A stretch of 64,000 nt of DNA from the human T2T-CHM13v2.0 reference genome, Homo sapiens: NCBI RefSeq assembly GCF_009914755.1, contig NC_060945.1; one strand, written 5' to 3'. Numbering within the stretch: position 1 is the first letter of the stretch; every line of letters begins with the position of its first letter. The position numbers and the translations under genes were made by a program. The notes beneath the pieces were generated by a model. The model ran no database searches. It was given only the letters and a program-made list of their open reading frames with translations, and had not been told where the DNA came from. Below are positions 12,353 to 25,049 of the stretch, one piece after another.

Positions 12353-15300
12353 GATTTGTGAGTTGGTCTTAAGCTACAGCCAATCTGGTGTGCTCTGCAT
12401 GTCTTTCTGTATGGTCAGTAGCAAACTTTGCTGCAGGCCTCCATCTTGTTTTATGTCCTTGGGAGCATGACCTGTAGCGACATGGCAGTGCTTTGGTTTA
12501 GCCTTCACCATTTTACAATGGCGGCCCAGGTCCAATCCTGGCTTAGGGAATGAGTTCTTTCTGGTTTGATATCTACATGACCTTTGCCATTTGTTGATTC
12601 CCTTCCCCTCCACAAACTGCCTTGGATTTTCCTTTCTCTGAACCTTCAGAAAAGTTTGAAAGCCAGAAATATTGGCCGCTTGGCATGGCTAAAGCTGGGT
12701 AATGAGATTTAAAAGGATTTTATTAAAGAGCACTCAGCTTAATTAAAAGTGGATATCCAAGTTACAGGTATATTTAAAAGGCCTTTGTTTTTCTCTTCTT
12801 GGATCTTGTTTTGCTGGAAAGAGGTTTTTTCTCAGTCAACTGAATTATTTTTCTCCATTTTGCCTTGCCACTCTTAATGCACACATGAAAGATGAGAGAC
12901 CTCTGATTTCCTCATGGAGCCCCAGGAATTAGAGGCAGATGGATCCCTCTCAAAATCTGTTTTTGTCTCCCAGCTATATTTGCTTATGAGAGCCTGGAAA
13001 CTGCATGTTTTCCTAGTCTTGCTCTTAAAGGGCTCCACCCAGAGGCCAACAATCCAATTATGAAAAATATTATAGCTACTGAATCTTCTTCTGCCTGTGT
13101 AGTTATATATGTGTTGTGTGTGTGATGTCTATTAAAAAAGAGCTCTAATTAATTGACTTAAGGAAGGATAAGCACTTGGATCAAATATTTTTTAAAGGTA
13201 AGATAAAAGCTGTGGTACCTTTTAGCTCACGTGACTTTAGTTTATGGCTTTTCCATAAATTGAGCATTGAAATAAAAGCCCAAAAGGGTTCTCTTAAGAC
13301 ACTAATCTGCTATCTAGCAAAATTTGTAAAGGGTTATAAAAAGTTTTTGCTTCTTAAAAAAATGTCTGAGTCATCATTTTGGTGAAATAAATAACTTATG
13401 GAAATCTGGAATTCTATTTCATAACATCAACTCTTTAAACTTCTAACATATTTGACAGGCTTCCCAAAATCAAATTCCTGTTTCAAAAATTGTCTTTCCT
13501 GATCCCTGGCTTTTGGATGCCACAGAGGGCCCCTGGAGCACCCAGAAGAGAGGTAAACAGGATTACCTGACACAGTTAGGTACATGGGATTACCAAAATG
13601 ATCTTTAATATTCCTCAGGTTATATTTTAGGGAATAATATTAATATATGTTCCAAAGTTGTATGGGATTTCTAAAATTCTAATGTCTGAGTATATGCTAT
13701 CGATCACAATTAAGGTTGTTAAGTTATTGTAAACTATGGAGATAACCAAATGTATTTGTCAGTTGTGTTTCTGACTGTAACTACCCTGGACATTTTGTTA
13801 TTCATAGACAATTGTTGTCTTGTTTTGATCCTCTTCAAAGGATGGTTTATAATCAGCTACAGAACTTCACCAGGTGCTCTCAAATGCAGGTTTCTAATAA
13901 TTTTGGAGATTGTGACATTAGAATAAAGGAAAAATGTACCAGACTCATGAAGAGCTGAAATGTTCACAAATAGCAAGTAAAACAAGAGTTAACTGAAAGG
14001 ACTGAACTAATAGAAAACTGAAGTAATATTTTTTACTTTTGCTTGGAAAATTGCTGATCCTTTTGTTTTTAGAGTCAAGGAAACATTTTGAGCTATTTAT
14101 GGCCTTTAATAACTAAGTAAGGTATACTACTGTGAACACAATTTGGAACATATTTGTCTCTCTCTCTGCCTGGCTTCTCCGGGATTTGGAAACTAGTTGT
14201 AAGTATTCTTAACTTATGACAATATAGTTGTTTGCATCAGTGCAATAAGAATCCATTTTCTTTTGCAACAAGACACAATTGGAGAAACTGGTTGTTTTAC
14301 CAAGGCTTTGACTAGAAGGGTATGCTCACCTTTAAGGAGTCAAGCTCGATTTGCAGAGCCAACAAAAGACCCTTGGGAAAACTGGCCTCATAACTGGTCT
14401 ACACAGTCCCCATACAGGGTTCCTAACCTGTGGTGAGTAAAGCATGTCACTTTCTAACAGGTCCAGGAACTCCATGCTATTGGGACCTCAAGAAGAGAGT
14501 TGTTTACCCAGCTTACAAGTATTTGAGGGTACAATCTCAGCTTTAGAAAGGCCTATCTGAGATTCCTTGTGAAACAGAGTTCCATCAAAGCCCATGTAAA
14601 TCTAAAAGGCCCACGTTAAAATAATTATGCTTGCTGCTCTTTATGCAAATAATCAGGCCAAGTATAAGACTAAAGTCTGTTTTGCAAACAACTCAGTCCT
14701 ATCATGATTTGTTTTTAAAAATGAGGACTGGAGAGAGACATTATGTTTCAAAACTTATCATACGTTTGTCATTAAACTCTAGACTCATTCGTTGTTTTTG
14801 CGTTTTGCCTACATTTTAGACTAACCCTGCTTATTCCTGTGAACCAACCAGCCATCTCCAACTGCAGCTCAGAAGGAACAAAAGGGGATGGGTAATGTAA
14901 AAATCTGGATCCATATTTAATTCTGAGCAATGATCCTGCAAATCCTGCCAGGTGATGGGAATAAATATAGTGCCCATCACCTGGAGGTTTCCTTTTTGTG
15001 AAAGTAAGACCAAGGGAGCTAACCAAAGCCAAGCCCCATGCACCCAGACCTTAGCAAGCATAACTATATCCACCAGTTATCAGGGCATGTCACAGGACAT
15101 CCTTTTCTCTCCCTTGTTGGAGGAGGACTCAATTCCGCAGCTTCACCTTACCATTCAGCCTATGATAAGGAGTCCATGCAACCTCCTCGAGACACATTTT
15201 TGTCCCAAACTCAATTTCAACCTTTGGGTCAAAGCCCTAGAAAAGAAAATTGGATCTGAAGGACCCAGAGGCAGATGATAATGAAGTTAAAAGGCACAGC

Positions 15301-16869
15301 ACAGGTGAGTGATTCCTGCAGGTTAAGCCAAGCCTCCCGTTTCATGGATAAAGGTCATGCTAGTATCCAAGGCATAAGCGAGGTCTAGGCAATTCAGAGG
15401 CTACTGATAGCAAGGGAAATAGGACGAACATGGGTGAGAGCAGATACTCCCACCCCCTAGGCCCCCCTGGTAACATGGGTAAAAGCCGATTTGACACCCA
15501 TAGGTGGCACCCTGTTGTGGTCACTGGGACCCAGGGATATGAGGATGGAAGAAGAAAGAAGGTTGCCTCACTTTATCTCCCTCACATACCCCAGGTATTT
15601 GCTAGGAAGAGAAGGGAACCTGGGATGCCTCAATTCCCTCCTTCTAGTGGGTAGCCATCCATCTTCATCTGTACCCCTTTTAAATGCATCCTGACCCCCT
15701 GGGACTCCTTTGAAAAAAAAAAACCCTTCTTTTTTTCCTATCTCTTCCTCTGTCCTGTCTTCATAGATAGGTAATTGTGTCTCTGTACAATGGGACACTC
15801 CCCTCAGATGCATCCTCCAAACTGGGAAAAGTTAATTTCCCAAACCTTAAACTGGTTGGCTTAGGACCGGACTCAGGGGAAGGGATCCCAGAAGAGCAAC
15901 ATGCCGGCAAAAGGGTCAAGGTTTTATTTTTTATTATTACTTTTTATTTTTTTAACCAGTTGGGTTTTTGGCCTCCCTCTCCTTCTACAGTTTGGGAAAA
16001 GGCCTCAGGATTTTTGAGTTGTCCTTAACCCCCAATTATTTCATTTCAATACATGTTTTCTAATAACCTAGTTTGTCTCCTCTCGCCTTCAGGCCATCAA
16101 ACTCCAATCGGTCTTGCAAGGGGAGCCTTGGACGGTAGCCTTCTGCTGGGAACCCTTAAATAGGCCTCTGAGGGAGCTCTGACTGCTGTTTCCCCAAAAC
16201 AGTGCCCCTGTCAGCAGGAAGCAATTAAGACTTCGTCCTTATTCTTATCCTTATTCTAACACCAATTAGATGTACTTCTTTAGAGGGGGAATGACAGCTG
16301 CAGGAGACAGATGAGGGAAGCTGCCCAGGGCTTTGTCTGCACATGCCCACAACGGACTGGGGACCCACCTGCATACTGGGAAGATGCGGTGGAGCCATGG
16401 GAAGTTTGGGCCTTATGCACGGGGAGCCTTGTCTCTGGCTCATGTGTGGTGGCCTGGAATTCAATCTGTGTGGTGAGAGCCTGTTGGCAGGACCTCTTCT
16501 TTTGCTGAGAGCTTTTTGTTAGTAAATTCTGCTTTCCTCACCTTTCAGCGTGTTCACGTGCCTAACTTCTTCCTGGTTGTGGGATAAGAACCCAGGTTTT
16601 CGCTGAGCTAAGGAGAAGTTGTGTATCGATGACACATGGACTGCGTGAATACTACATGGAGTGTGGACATGTGAACTATGGAAAAATCCCACCTAAGCAG
16701 GAGACGCAATTTCCAAACAATTACCTACTTCACTTTTCAGTATTTTATTAAATATTATGTTTGTGCTGTTAGCAGAAAAATCAAACTCTGTAAAATTAAA
16801 TTTTAAAGAGATATTCTGAGCCAACATGGCTGATGATGACCCATGGAAACACAGTCTCATGAGGCCTGA

Positions 16870-17198
<329 letters not shown>

Positions 17199-17295
17199 CA
17201 TGGTTTGGTTTTATACGTTTCAGGGAGACAAGAGTTATAGGCAAAGACATATATCAATACATGGAAGGTATACATTGGTTCAGCCCGAAAATGAA

Positions 17296-18287
17296 TGTGA
17301 AAGGAAAATCAATCTTGGGGCCCCAAAATCACTAAGCTAAAGGGAAAATTCAAGCTGGGAACTGCTTAGGTTAAACCTGCCTCCCATTCTATTCTGCCGA
17401 GACCAGCTCGGTCGGAGAGACCCTAACCCAGCAGCACTAGAGGAATTAAAGACACACACACAGAAATATAGAGGTGTGGAGTGGGAAATCAGGGGTCTCA
17501 CAGCCTTCAGAGCTAAGAGCCTTGAACAGAGATGAGATTTACCCACGTATTTATTGACAGCAAGCCAGCGATAGGCAGTTTCTATAGATTACAGATTAAC
17601 TAAAATTATTCCTTACAGGAAACAAAGGGATGGGCCGAAATAAAGGGATGGGCTCTGGCTAGTTATCTGCAGCAGGAGCATGTCCTTAAGGCACAGATCG
17701 CTCATGCTATTTTTTGTGGTTTAATAACGCCTTTAAGCGGTTTTCCGCCCTGGGTGGGCCAGGTGTTCCTCACCCTCATTCCGGTAAACCCACAACCTTC
17801 CAGCGTGGGCGTCATGGCCATCACGAACATGTCACAGTGCTGCAGAGATTTTGTTTATGGCCAGTTTTAGGGCAAGTTTATGGCCAGATTTTGGGGGCCT
17901 ATTCCCAATACTATTCAAAGTCATCCCTCTGCTCACTGAGGTAAGTGCGTATCTGATTGCTTCCTTTGGAAAGGCTAATCAGAAACTCAAAAGAACGCAA
18001 CCATTTGTCTCTTATCTACCTATAACCTGTAAGCCACCCCCTCCCCACTTTGAGGTGTCCCACCTTTGCTTCAAGTTGTCCTGCCTTTCTGGACCAAATC
18101 AATGTTCATCTTAGACATATTGTTGGATGTCTCATGTCTCCCTAAAATGTTTAAAATCAAGCTTGCTCCAACCATCTTGGGCACATGTCAGGACCCCTTG
18201 AGGTTGTGTTACGGGCAGGTGTCCTTAACCCTGGCAAAATAAAATTTCTAAAATGGCTGAGACCTGCCTCAGATATTTGGGGTCACA
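17296..18287 (+). mobile_element. MER4A-type LTR, split by MER9
   Basis: tgtgaaaggaaaatcaatcttggggccccaaaatcactaagctaaaggg...ctattc|aaagtcatccctctgctcactgag...ggggtcaca. Confidence 0.8.
17395..17910 (-). mobile_element. MER9 solo LTR (HERV-K9/HML-3)
   Basis: tgccgagaccagctcggtc...gggggcctattcccaata; perfect 6-bp TSD CTATTC (17389-17394, 17911-17916), typical of betaretrovirus-like ERVs. Confidence 0.88.
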
Positions 18288-18527
18288 GGCAGAATACTGT
18301 GAATGGGGGGCTTAGAGGTTGTAGGTAGATTCAGAGATTATTTCATTTGCAATTGGTTAAAGGAATAAAGCTTTGTATAAAAATTTGGAGCAGGCAGAAA
18401 AGAATGTTTAACATCAGGAAGTCTTCGAACCAATACACTGGGTCAGTGTGACCTACGGGGTGTGTGACTTAACCCTTGTCTGGCATGAGCTTAGGTCCTG
18501 TTTATACTTCGTCAGTTTTGGGGCATT

Positions 18528-18617
18528 GTTTTGAGACAGGGTCTTGCTCTGTCACCCAGGCTGCAGTGCAGTGGCGCGACCATGGCTCACTGCATCCTGG
18601 AACTCCTGGGCTCAAGG
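18528..18617 (-). mobile_element. Truncated old Alu (AluJ/FLAM-like) fragment
   Basis: ttttgagacagggtcttgctctgtcacccaggctg...aactcctgggctcaag. Confidence 0.8.
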
Positions 18618-19189
18618 GCTTTTTGCGCCAGGAAAGAAGTATGTTTTTCAGGTTTTTCTTGGGTCCCCTTGGCCAAGAGGAGGTCCATTCAATTGTTGGG
18701 GGGCTTCCAATTTTATTTTTAGTTAACAGTGCAGTTTGATACATTTTTGTGTTAATATTTAAGGGAAAATCCAGAGAAAAAAATAAAAACATATATTTAG
18801 CACTTAGATCCTTATGTTCATAGAATTTTTTGAACTTTCATTTCAATTAATATATCTATTTTTTGTTGCAAATGAGTGTGATGAGCAACAAAAGACTTTC
18901 TGGAATAGAAACACCTCTTTTACAACCGTGAGGAAGCAGATCCTCTGTGTCTTTGGAAAACGAGATCACGTTCCATGGTATTCTCCGGGCCTTCGGTCCT
19001 TTTACTCTCCCTGGCCCTTGCAGAAGGCTGGCTTAGCGGGGTCTGAGTCCACTGAGCCCTGTGCCGCCACCTATGTTAGACCCCGCAGGGCATCAGCAGC
19101 TCTCAGGGGGCCCCAGCCCAGGCCTGAGTCAGCCTCTCGGAGGCCACCAGCTGCGTTCACCAGGCGCCAAGGTCGGGAAGCACGGCTCT

Positions 19190-19372
19190 AGGGCAGAGCC
19201 TCTCAAATGCTCTCCCGGACCAGCCCCAGGGCTATCACCTGGGAACGCATTAGAAATGCAAATTCTCAGGCCCCACCCAGCCCTTCGGAGTCAGCAGGCC
19301 GGGCTGGGGCCAGCCCTGTCTTAACAAGCCTCGGAGTAGCTCCGATTCTCTCTATGGACTGGGAACCAGTGC
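19190..19372. mobile_element. MER5A-like hAT MITE
   Basis: atcacctgggaacgcattagaaatgcaaattctcaggccccaccc...ttaacaagcc...gggaaccagtg. Confidence 0.65.
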
Positions 19373-19493
19373 TGCGGCTTCAGGGAGAAATTCAGCCACA
19401 CTGAGACCAGCACCGTAAGCCATTTGGAAAGTGGGGGCAGTGGATGAGGAGGGGCAGTGGCAGGCAGGGGAATGAAGCCCAGGTTGACGAGAA

Positions 19494-20222
19494 GAGTGAA
19501 ATTTGAGTAACTGCAAGGAAAGGCCAAGAATCCCACAGTCAGCTCACGGCCTTGGACGTGGCTCACAGACAGGCAGGGGGAGACTTCGCAGGCTTCAGAG
19601 GGTGTCAGGGACCAGGACCCTGGAAGCAAAGGTTGGGAGCAAGGAAGCAGCGCGACCCCTCACACCCCACCTGGAGGCCTGGGTCGGGCCTGGGCGCCGG
19701 CACAGAGCTGGTGAACAGACATCCTTGGGGGAGCTCCCGCTGCAAGCACTGCGGCTGCCCAGGCAGGTCGGGGGAGACCCGGGTTCGGCTTCTTTCCAGA
19801 CCTCGCAGTATTTCTGTGCCCTCACCTGGCTGTGAGCCACAGGTTCAGAGAGAGGCCAGGATTGGGGCAAGGGAGCCCAAGGAGAAGGCCGGATCCCCTC
19901 ACGGGGGTGGCCCTGGATTCCTTGGCTGGGCAGAGCGTCACTGGGGATCTCCAGACAAGGGACACAGGCTTTGATTAAGGGGCCCCAGCGAGGATGTCTG
20001 TTCACCAGCTCCATGTCGGCGCCTTGGGCCCACCGAGGCCTCCAGGTGGGGTGTGAGGGGTGGCGCTGCTTCCTTGCTCCTAACCTTTGCTTCCAGGGTC
20101 CAGGTCCCTGACACCCTCTGAAGCCGGCGAGGTCTCCCCGTCCCTGCCTGTGGGCCACGTCCAAGGCTGTGAGCTGACTGCGGAATTCTTGGCCTTTCCT
20201 TGCAGTTACTCAAATTTCACTC
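19494..20222. repeat. Long inverted repeat: arms 19494-19725 and 19991-20222, 265-bp spacer
   Basis: Manual alignment: 232-bp arms, no gaps, 20 mismatches (about 91%); also visible as mirrored ORF translations on opposite strands. Confidence 0.97.
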
Positions 20223-20344
20223 CTTCTGGGCTGGTCCAGGAGACCCCAGCTTGGGACAGGGCCTGTGGCCCCTCCAGCAGCACGCACTGTGCCCACCCGC
20301 CACTGGTGAGGAGATTCCAGGAGAAACACTGCCACCCAAGCAGC

Positions 20345-20680
20345 ACCCCACATGGCTGGCCTCCCCGCACCGGGCCGGCACCCCACAGTGCCAGTCACCC
20401 ACCCCACTTGGCTGGCCTCTCTACACCGGGCCGGCACCCCACAGCGCCAGTCACCCACCCCACACGGCTGGTCTCCCCGCACCGGGCTGGCACCCTGCAA
20501 CGCCAGTCACCCACCCCACGCAGCTGGCATCCCTGCACCGGGCCGGCATCCCACAACGCCAGTCACCCACCCCACGCGGCTGGCCTCCCTGCACCGGGCT
20601 GGCACCCCGCAACGCCAGTCACCCACCCCACGAAGCTGGCCTCCCCGCACCGGTGCCAGCACCCCGCCGCGCCAATCACC
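20345..20680. repeat. 56-bp GC-rich minisatellite, about 6 copies
   Basis: Units start at 20345, 20401, 20457, 20513, 20569, 20625: accccacacggctggcctccccgcaccgggccggcaccccacagcgccagtcaccc. Confidence 0.95.
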
Positions 20681-21013
20681 CAGAGTCCTCCTGCCCCAGG
20701 AATGAAACCATCCTCAGGCCGGGCGCTGTGTCCTCAGTGGTGGTGTCTAGGGATGGGGTACACAGCCCAGCCTCTGCCCAGGGCTCGGAAGCCCTTGGCC
20801 AAATCCCGGCTACTCCCTGCTCCGGCAGGCTGAGCGATGCCCGTGCATGCTGAGCCAACCAACCAACAAATGTCCCTGCCTTGTGTGCCGTGTGCATGCC
20901 AGGGCGGACGGCCTGCTTGCTATGGATGTGGGGCTCCCTGCAACCCCATGAGGCCCTGCAGCAGCCTGGCTGTGTCCCCGCACCCCTGTGTGTTGGCAGA
21001 GGTCAACACCACC

Positions 21014-21201
21014 GGACCCCTCCACGCTGGCCCCCTGCCTCTCCATTCCCGCTTCCTCCCTGTGAACGCGCTGTCATTCCCGCTTCCTCCCTGTGAACGT
21101 GCTGTCATACCGACCCCTCCACACTGGCCCCCTGCCTCTCCATCCCCGCTTCCTCCCTGTGAATGTGCTGTCATTCCCGCTTCCTCCCTGTGAACGTGCT
21201 G
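21014..21201. repeat. Two ~97-bp copies, each with two ~31-bp subunits
   Basis: gacccctccac(g/a)ctggccccctgcctctc followed by 2x cattcccgcttcctccctgtgaacgtgctgt, repeated twice. Confidence 0.9.
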
Positions 21202-23249
21202 TGCCCTAAAGCCATGCTTCCTCCAAAGGCTGCACTCCATCCGCCCAGGTGATAAGAGTCGCTCAGACACTGTTGCTTATACGGCCGCACACACATCTCT
21301 AGCTGGTTTCTTGTTCCAATAATACTGGTATTTTTAAAAGCAAATTTGATTCCTTGATCCACCGTGGCTGGGTGTTTTGTAAAAGGTAGAATTAAATACC
21401 AGGTGTGTGTTAGATAATTGAACCAAGCTCACAAGGCACAGGTCAGTGAGTGTGACAATTGTCAGAGGCAGGCAGAGACCGTGATGGCCTCGGCTCTTAC
21501 AGAGAACATTCCCCAAGGGAGCAAAGCCTGGCAGGAGGCCTCCCTTGGAATTCACCGGAAACTTCAGATGCCAGTTACAGGGGAGCATCGAAACCGAGAA
21601 TGCCGCATTTATGCCCAGGCCCTCGCCCGCAGCGACCTAACCCCTTCCAGAGGCTCTGCTGGCTGGGGCTTGCACCTCTTCCCTGCAGCCGCTGGAGATC
21701 CCATGTCTGTTCCTGCACCCCGCAGGGTGAACCTTCAGAGGCCCAGCGCCAGGGTCCCTGTGCTGCTGAGAATGAAACCCGCCCTTGGGGGATGAAGTGC
21801 CTCTCCACCAGCTCCGGGGTCACAGTGTCGCTAAAACATCCGGCTGGGCTCTGCAAAACGGCGTCTTGGGGGCACAGCCTCTTCACAGCCACGGGGCCTC
21901 CCGGGAGGAGCACAGGCTTCTGGGTGTGCTCTGTCCCTGGGACCCTCAGCTCACAGGCCAGGAGGTGGGACCCCGGTGGCTGAGGAAATGGCCACACGCT
22001 CCCCATGTCCCGTGCGACTGCTATGGAAAGAGGTGATTCCCAAAAGGAAATGGGGGAGGGGGCGCCACCCAAATCAGGGAGAATGGGTGCTGTGGCCGAA
22101 TACACAAACGTGTCGCCGTAGCATCTCACAGGCCCCACATCCAAAACAGGCCCCACATCCATTGCTCCAAACCTGCTCCCGGCCCCTCGGTCCTCCCCAT
22201 GGCTCCAGCCGCCCCCTGCCCGGTGTCCCACTGGCAAGCCCTCGTCCTCCCTTTCTCCCTCCGCCCCCTCCAAGCCATTGGCCCATCCTGTGGATTCCAC
22301 TCCGAATCCAACTCAGATTAATCAGCACAACCTGTGGACTCCACTTTGCATCCATCTCGGATCAATCGGCCCATCCTGTGGACTCCACTCCGAATCCATC
22401 TTGAGTGCACCTGCTGTCTCCCTCTCCATAGTGCCCCCTGGCGCCCCCGCCCCCACTTAAGCCTCCAGCCTCCCAGCCTCCCAGCCTCCTCCTCCCTCAA
22501 CCCGACTCACCAGCAAGAGGGACCCCTTGAAGACCCGAGTCCCAGCGTGCGGCTCCTCAACCTCTTCCAGTCTCTCCTCGCAGGAGGGTAAGCTCCAAAC
22601 CCCCAGGCTGCCCGACGGAGCCCACGGCACCAGACTTCTCCCCACCAGCTCTGCCCAGGAGGCCTCTGCAGGAGGCCCCGGCCCGCTGGCTCCTGGACCC
22701 CTCACCCTCTGCTCAGCCCGGCCTTTGCCTGTGATGCTCCCAGAACGACCCTTTACAGCTACTGCAGATGGGAAGCCCCCTCCCCCCCGCCCGGGGCTGT
22801 GTGGGTTCATGGGGTGTGCCCTGGGCCGCTCCTCACCGCCTGGAGCGCTGGATGCTCCCTTCATCCATTTTCACTTGTGTATCGTCCATCTCCCCAAATC
22901 CACGAGGCCCACAGCTGCCGAGCGTTTTCTCCACTGTTATCCTAGCACCAAGCACAATGCCGGCCACCTGATGGGTAGTAAATAAGTGTAGAGAGAAAGA
23001 GAGGGAGAGAGGGAGAAACAGGAAGGAGGGAGAGTGGGAGGGAGAGAGGAAGGAAGGGAGGGAGGGACAAAGGGAAAGAGGGGGGAAGGAAAAGGGAACT
23101 TGTAAACTTCTAACATTTAACAATTTGTTGGCAGCTTACTGCATAAAGATGTGATTTTTGGCAACAGGAGCCAGGAAATGCTCAGTGCTGCTTCATGTGC
23201 TGAGCCTCTGCCACTGCACATGGCCTCACTGCCCGGGGCCGACAAGCTA

Positions 23250-23400
23250 TGTGTGCACGCGAGAGTGCATGTGTGTCCATGAATGCGTGTGAGCGTGAGT
23301 GCACGTGCATGTGTGAGTGCGTGTGCACGCATGCTTGTGTGCATGTGTGCTGTGTGTGCACGTGTATGTGCATGTGAGGGTATGTGCATGTGTGTGAGTG
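23250..23400. repeat. Alternating purine-pyrimidine (TG/CA/CG) low-complexity tract
   Basis: gtgtgcacgcgagagtgcatgtgtg...gcatgtgtgtgagtg. Confidence 0.85.
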
Positions 23401-24608
23401 TACCTGTCTAACCAGCAACAGCCTCATTAGATTCCAAGGCTGCGTGAGTCACCTCCTGCCACAGGTAATTAAAACTGGGGAAAGGCCTGTGGCTTTGAAT
23501 GGGGCAGATAGAATCTAGCCAGATAAAGGAAATGATTGCATCTCCAGGTGGCTGAAGGGGAGGAAGCTGGACTCATTCCGAGTGTGACTCCAGGTTTTCA
23601 AGTGTAAAACACGAGGAGATGTCAGTCGGGTGCCACTGCTAATGAGGCAGCCCACAACTGGTCTCGACGTGCGTCTGTGCCTGTAAAAGATGAAAGTGCA
23701 GCAGCACCCTGAGAAATCACACATCTTCGCCGTCAGTACCGCTCAGGGCCCCAGCTACCTGTTCTGCGTGTCTGTGGCTGGGCCGTGTCTTCGTAGTAGA
23801 ATCCCGTGTCAAAGCACCCACCCTCAGAGGCTCCTGGGGGAGGCCCGGTTCTGTCCGGCAGCATGGGAGAGAGATGGTGCTGATGAAGAGGACAACACGG
23901 GGCTGTCTGCAGAGCACCTGCCACGCGCCAGGCTCTGTGTCCACAAGCACGGCGGCTGCTCCCACATGACAGAGCTCGTGTGGCAGCTCCAGGACTGTCT
24001 GGTGCCAGAGCCCCAGCTCTCCGCCAGCCCCAGGCCACTGTGCGAGGCCCTCAGTGAAGAGGGGGCCGTGGCTTTGACTGCAGGATGCACGGGCTCGGGG
24101 TCGGTTTCAGTCAATCCTTGATTTCTCATCGTTGCAGCTTCTCAGAGGAGTCAGTTCACAACGAGCAGAACAGCTTCCTGGAGAATCCTCCACACAGGAG
24201 GTAACCATGGAAAAAGTGTCTACATATGGCTCTGATATGAAAAACTAAGCTCTGGACTTAAAACAGTGTAGCAGTCCATAAACCAGAGAGGTGAAGTGAA
24301 GAGACCCACCTGAGTGTGTGCAGCAGCAGCCCAGGCCGTCTGTGCCCTCCTCATGCTGAAGACCTTTCCAGAGCTCGAAAAACACGTCTAAAACCTCGTG
24401 AATACCATCAAAGAGGTAACAAGCCAGTGAGCACTCCTGGGTCAAGACCCAAGAGAGGATAGAAAGTCAAGAGATGGGCCCAGGGTTTGGAACCGCTTTG
24501 CTCTGGAGGTATTTGACAACCTGCAGGAGGCAGCTAAGTAACTGAGCTGAGTCGCCCATGACCTGGAGAACAGGAACTGAGGTCTGCCCAACAAAGGTGG
24601 GTGCCCCA

Positions 24609-24936
<328 letters not shown>

Positions 24937-25049
24937 TCATGCCAGGACCCAGAAGGGTTGCATTCTAGGACCAGGGTGAGCAGAATACAAATTAGCCCTT
25001 GCACAGCCTGCAGCCTGGCTTCTAGGCATTCAGGCCAGGAAAACATCAA

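Larger units (their letters stand above)
10692..16628 (+). mobile_element. Full-length non-autonomous ERV1 provirus, MER61-type LTRs with MER4-group internal region
   Basis: 5' LTR 10692-11100 (TG...CA), 3' LTR 16292-16628, 4-bp TSD ATGA (10688-10691, 16629-16632), PBS after the 5' LTR, polypurine tract tagagggggaa before the 3' LTR; no long gag/pol/env ORF. Confidence 0.88.

Noticed and set aside
12134-12361. 75-aa R/K/E/G-rich ORF
   Set aside because: Translation of the GGAA microsatellite
20345-20680. Regular repeats as a CRISPR-like array
   Set aside because: Head-to-tail tandem units with no unique spacers, in a primate genome
19321-20853. Pairs of similar ORFs on opposite strands and 217-248 aa Pro/His-rich ORFs
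   Set aside because: By-products of the inverted repeat and the 56-bp minisatellite; similarity holds in all frames and stops at the arm edge
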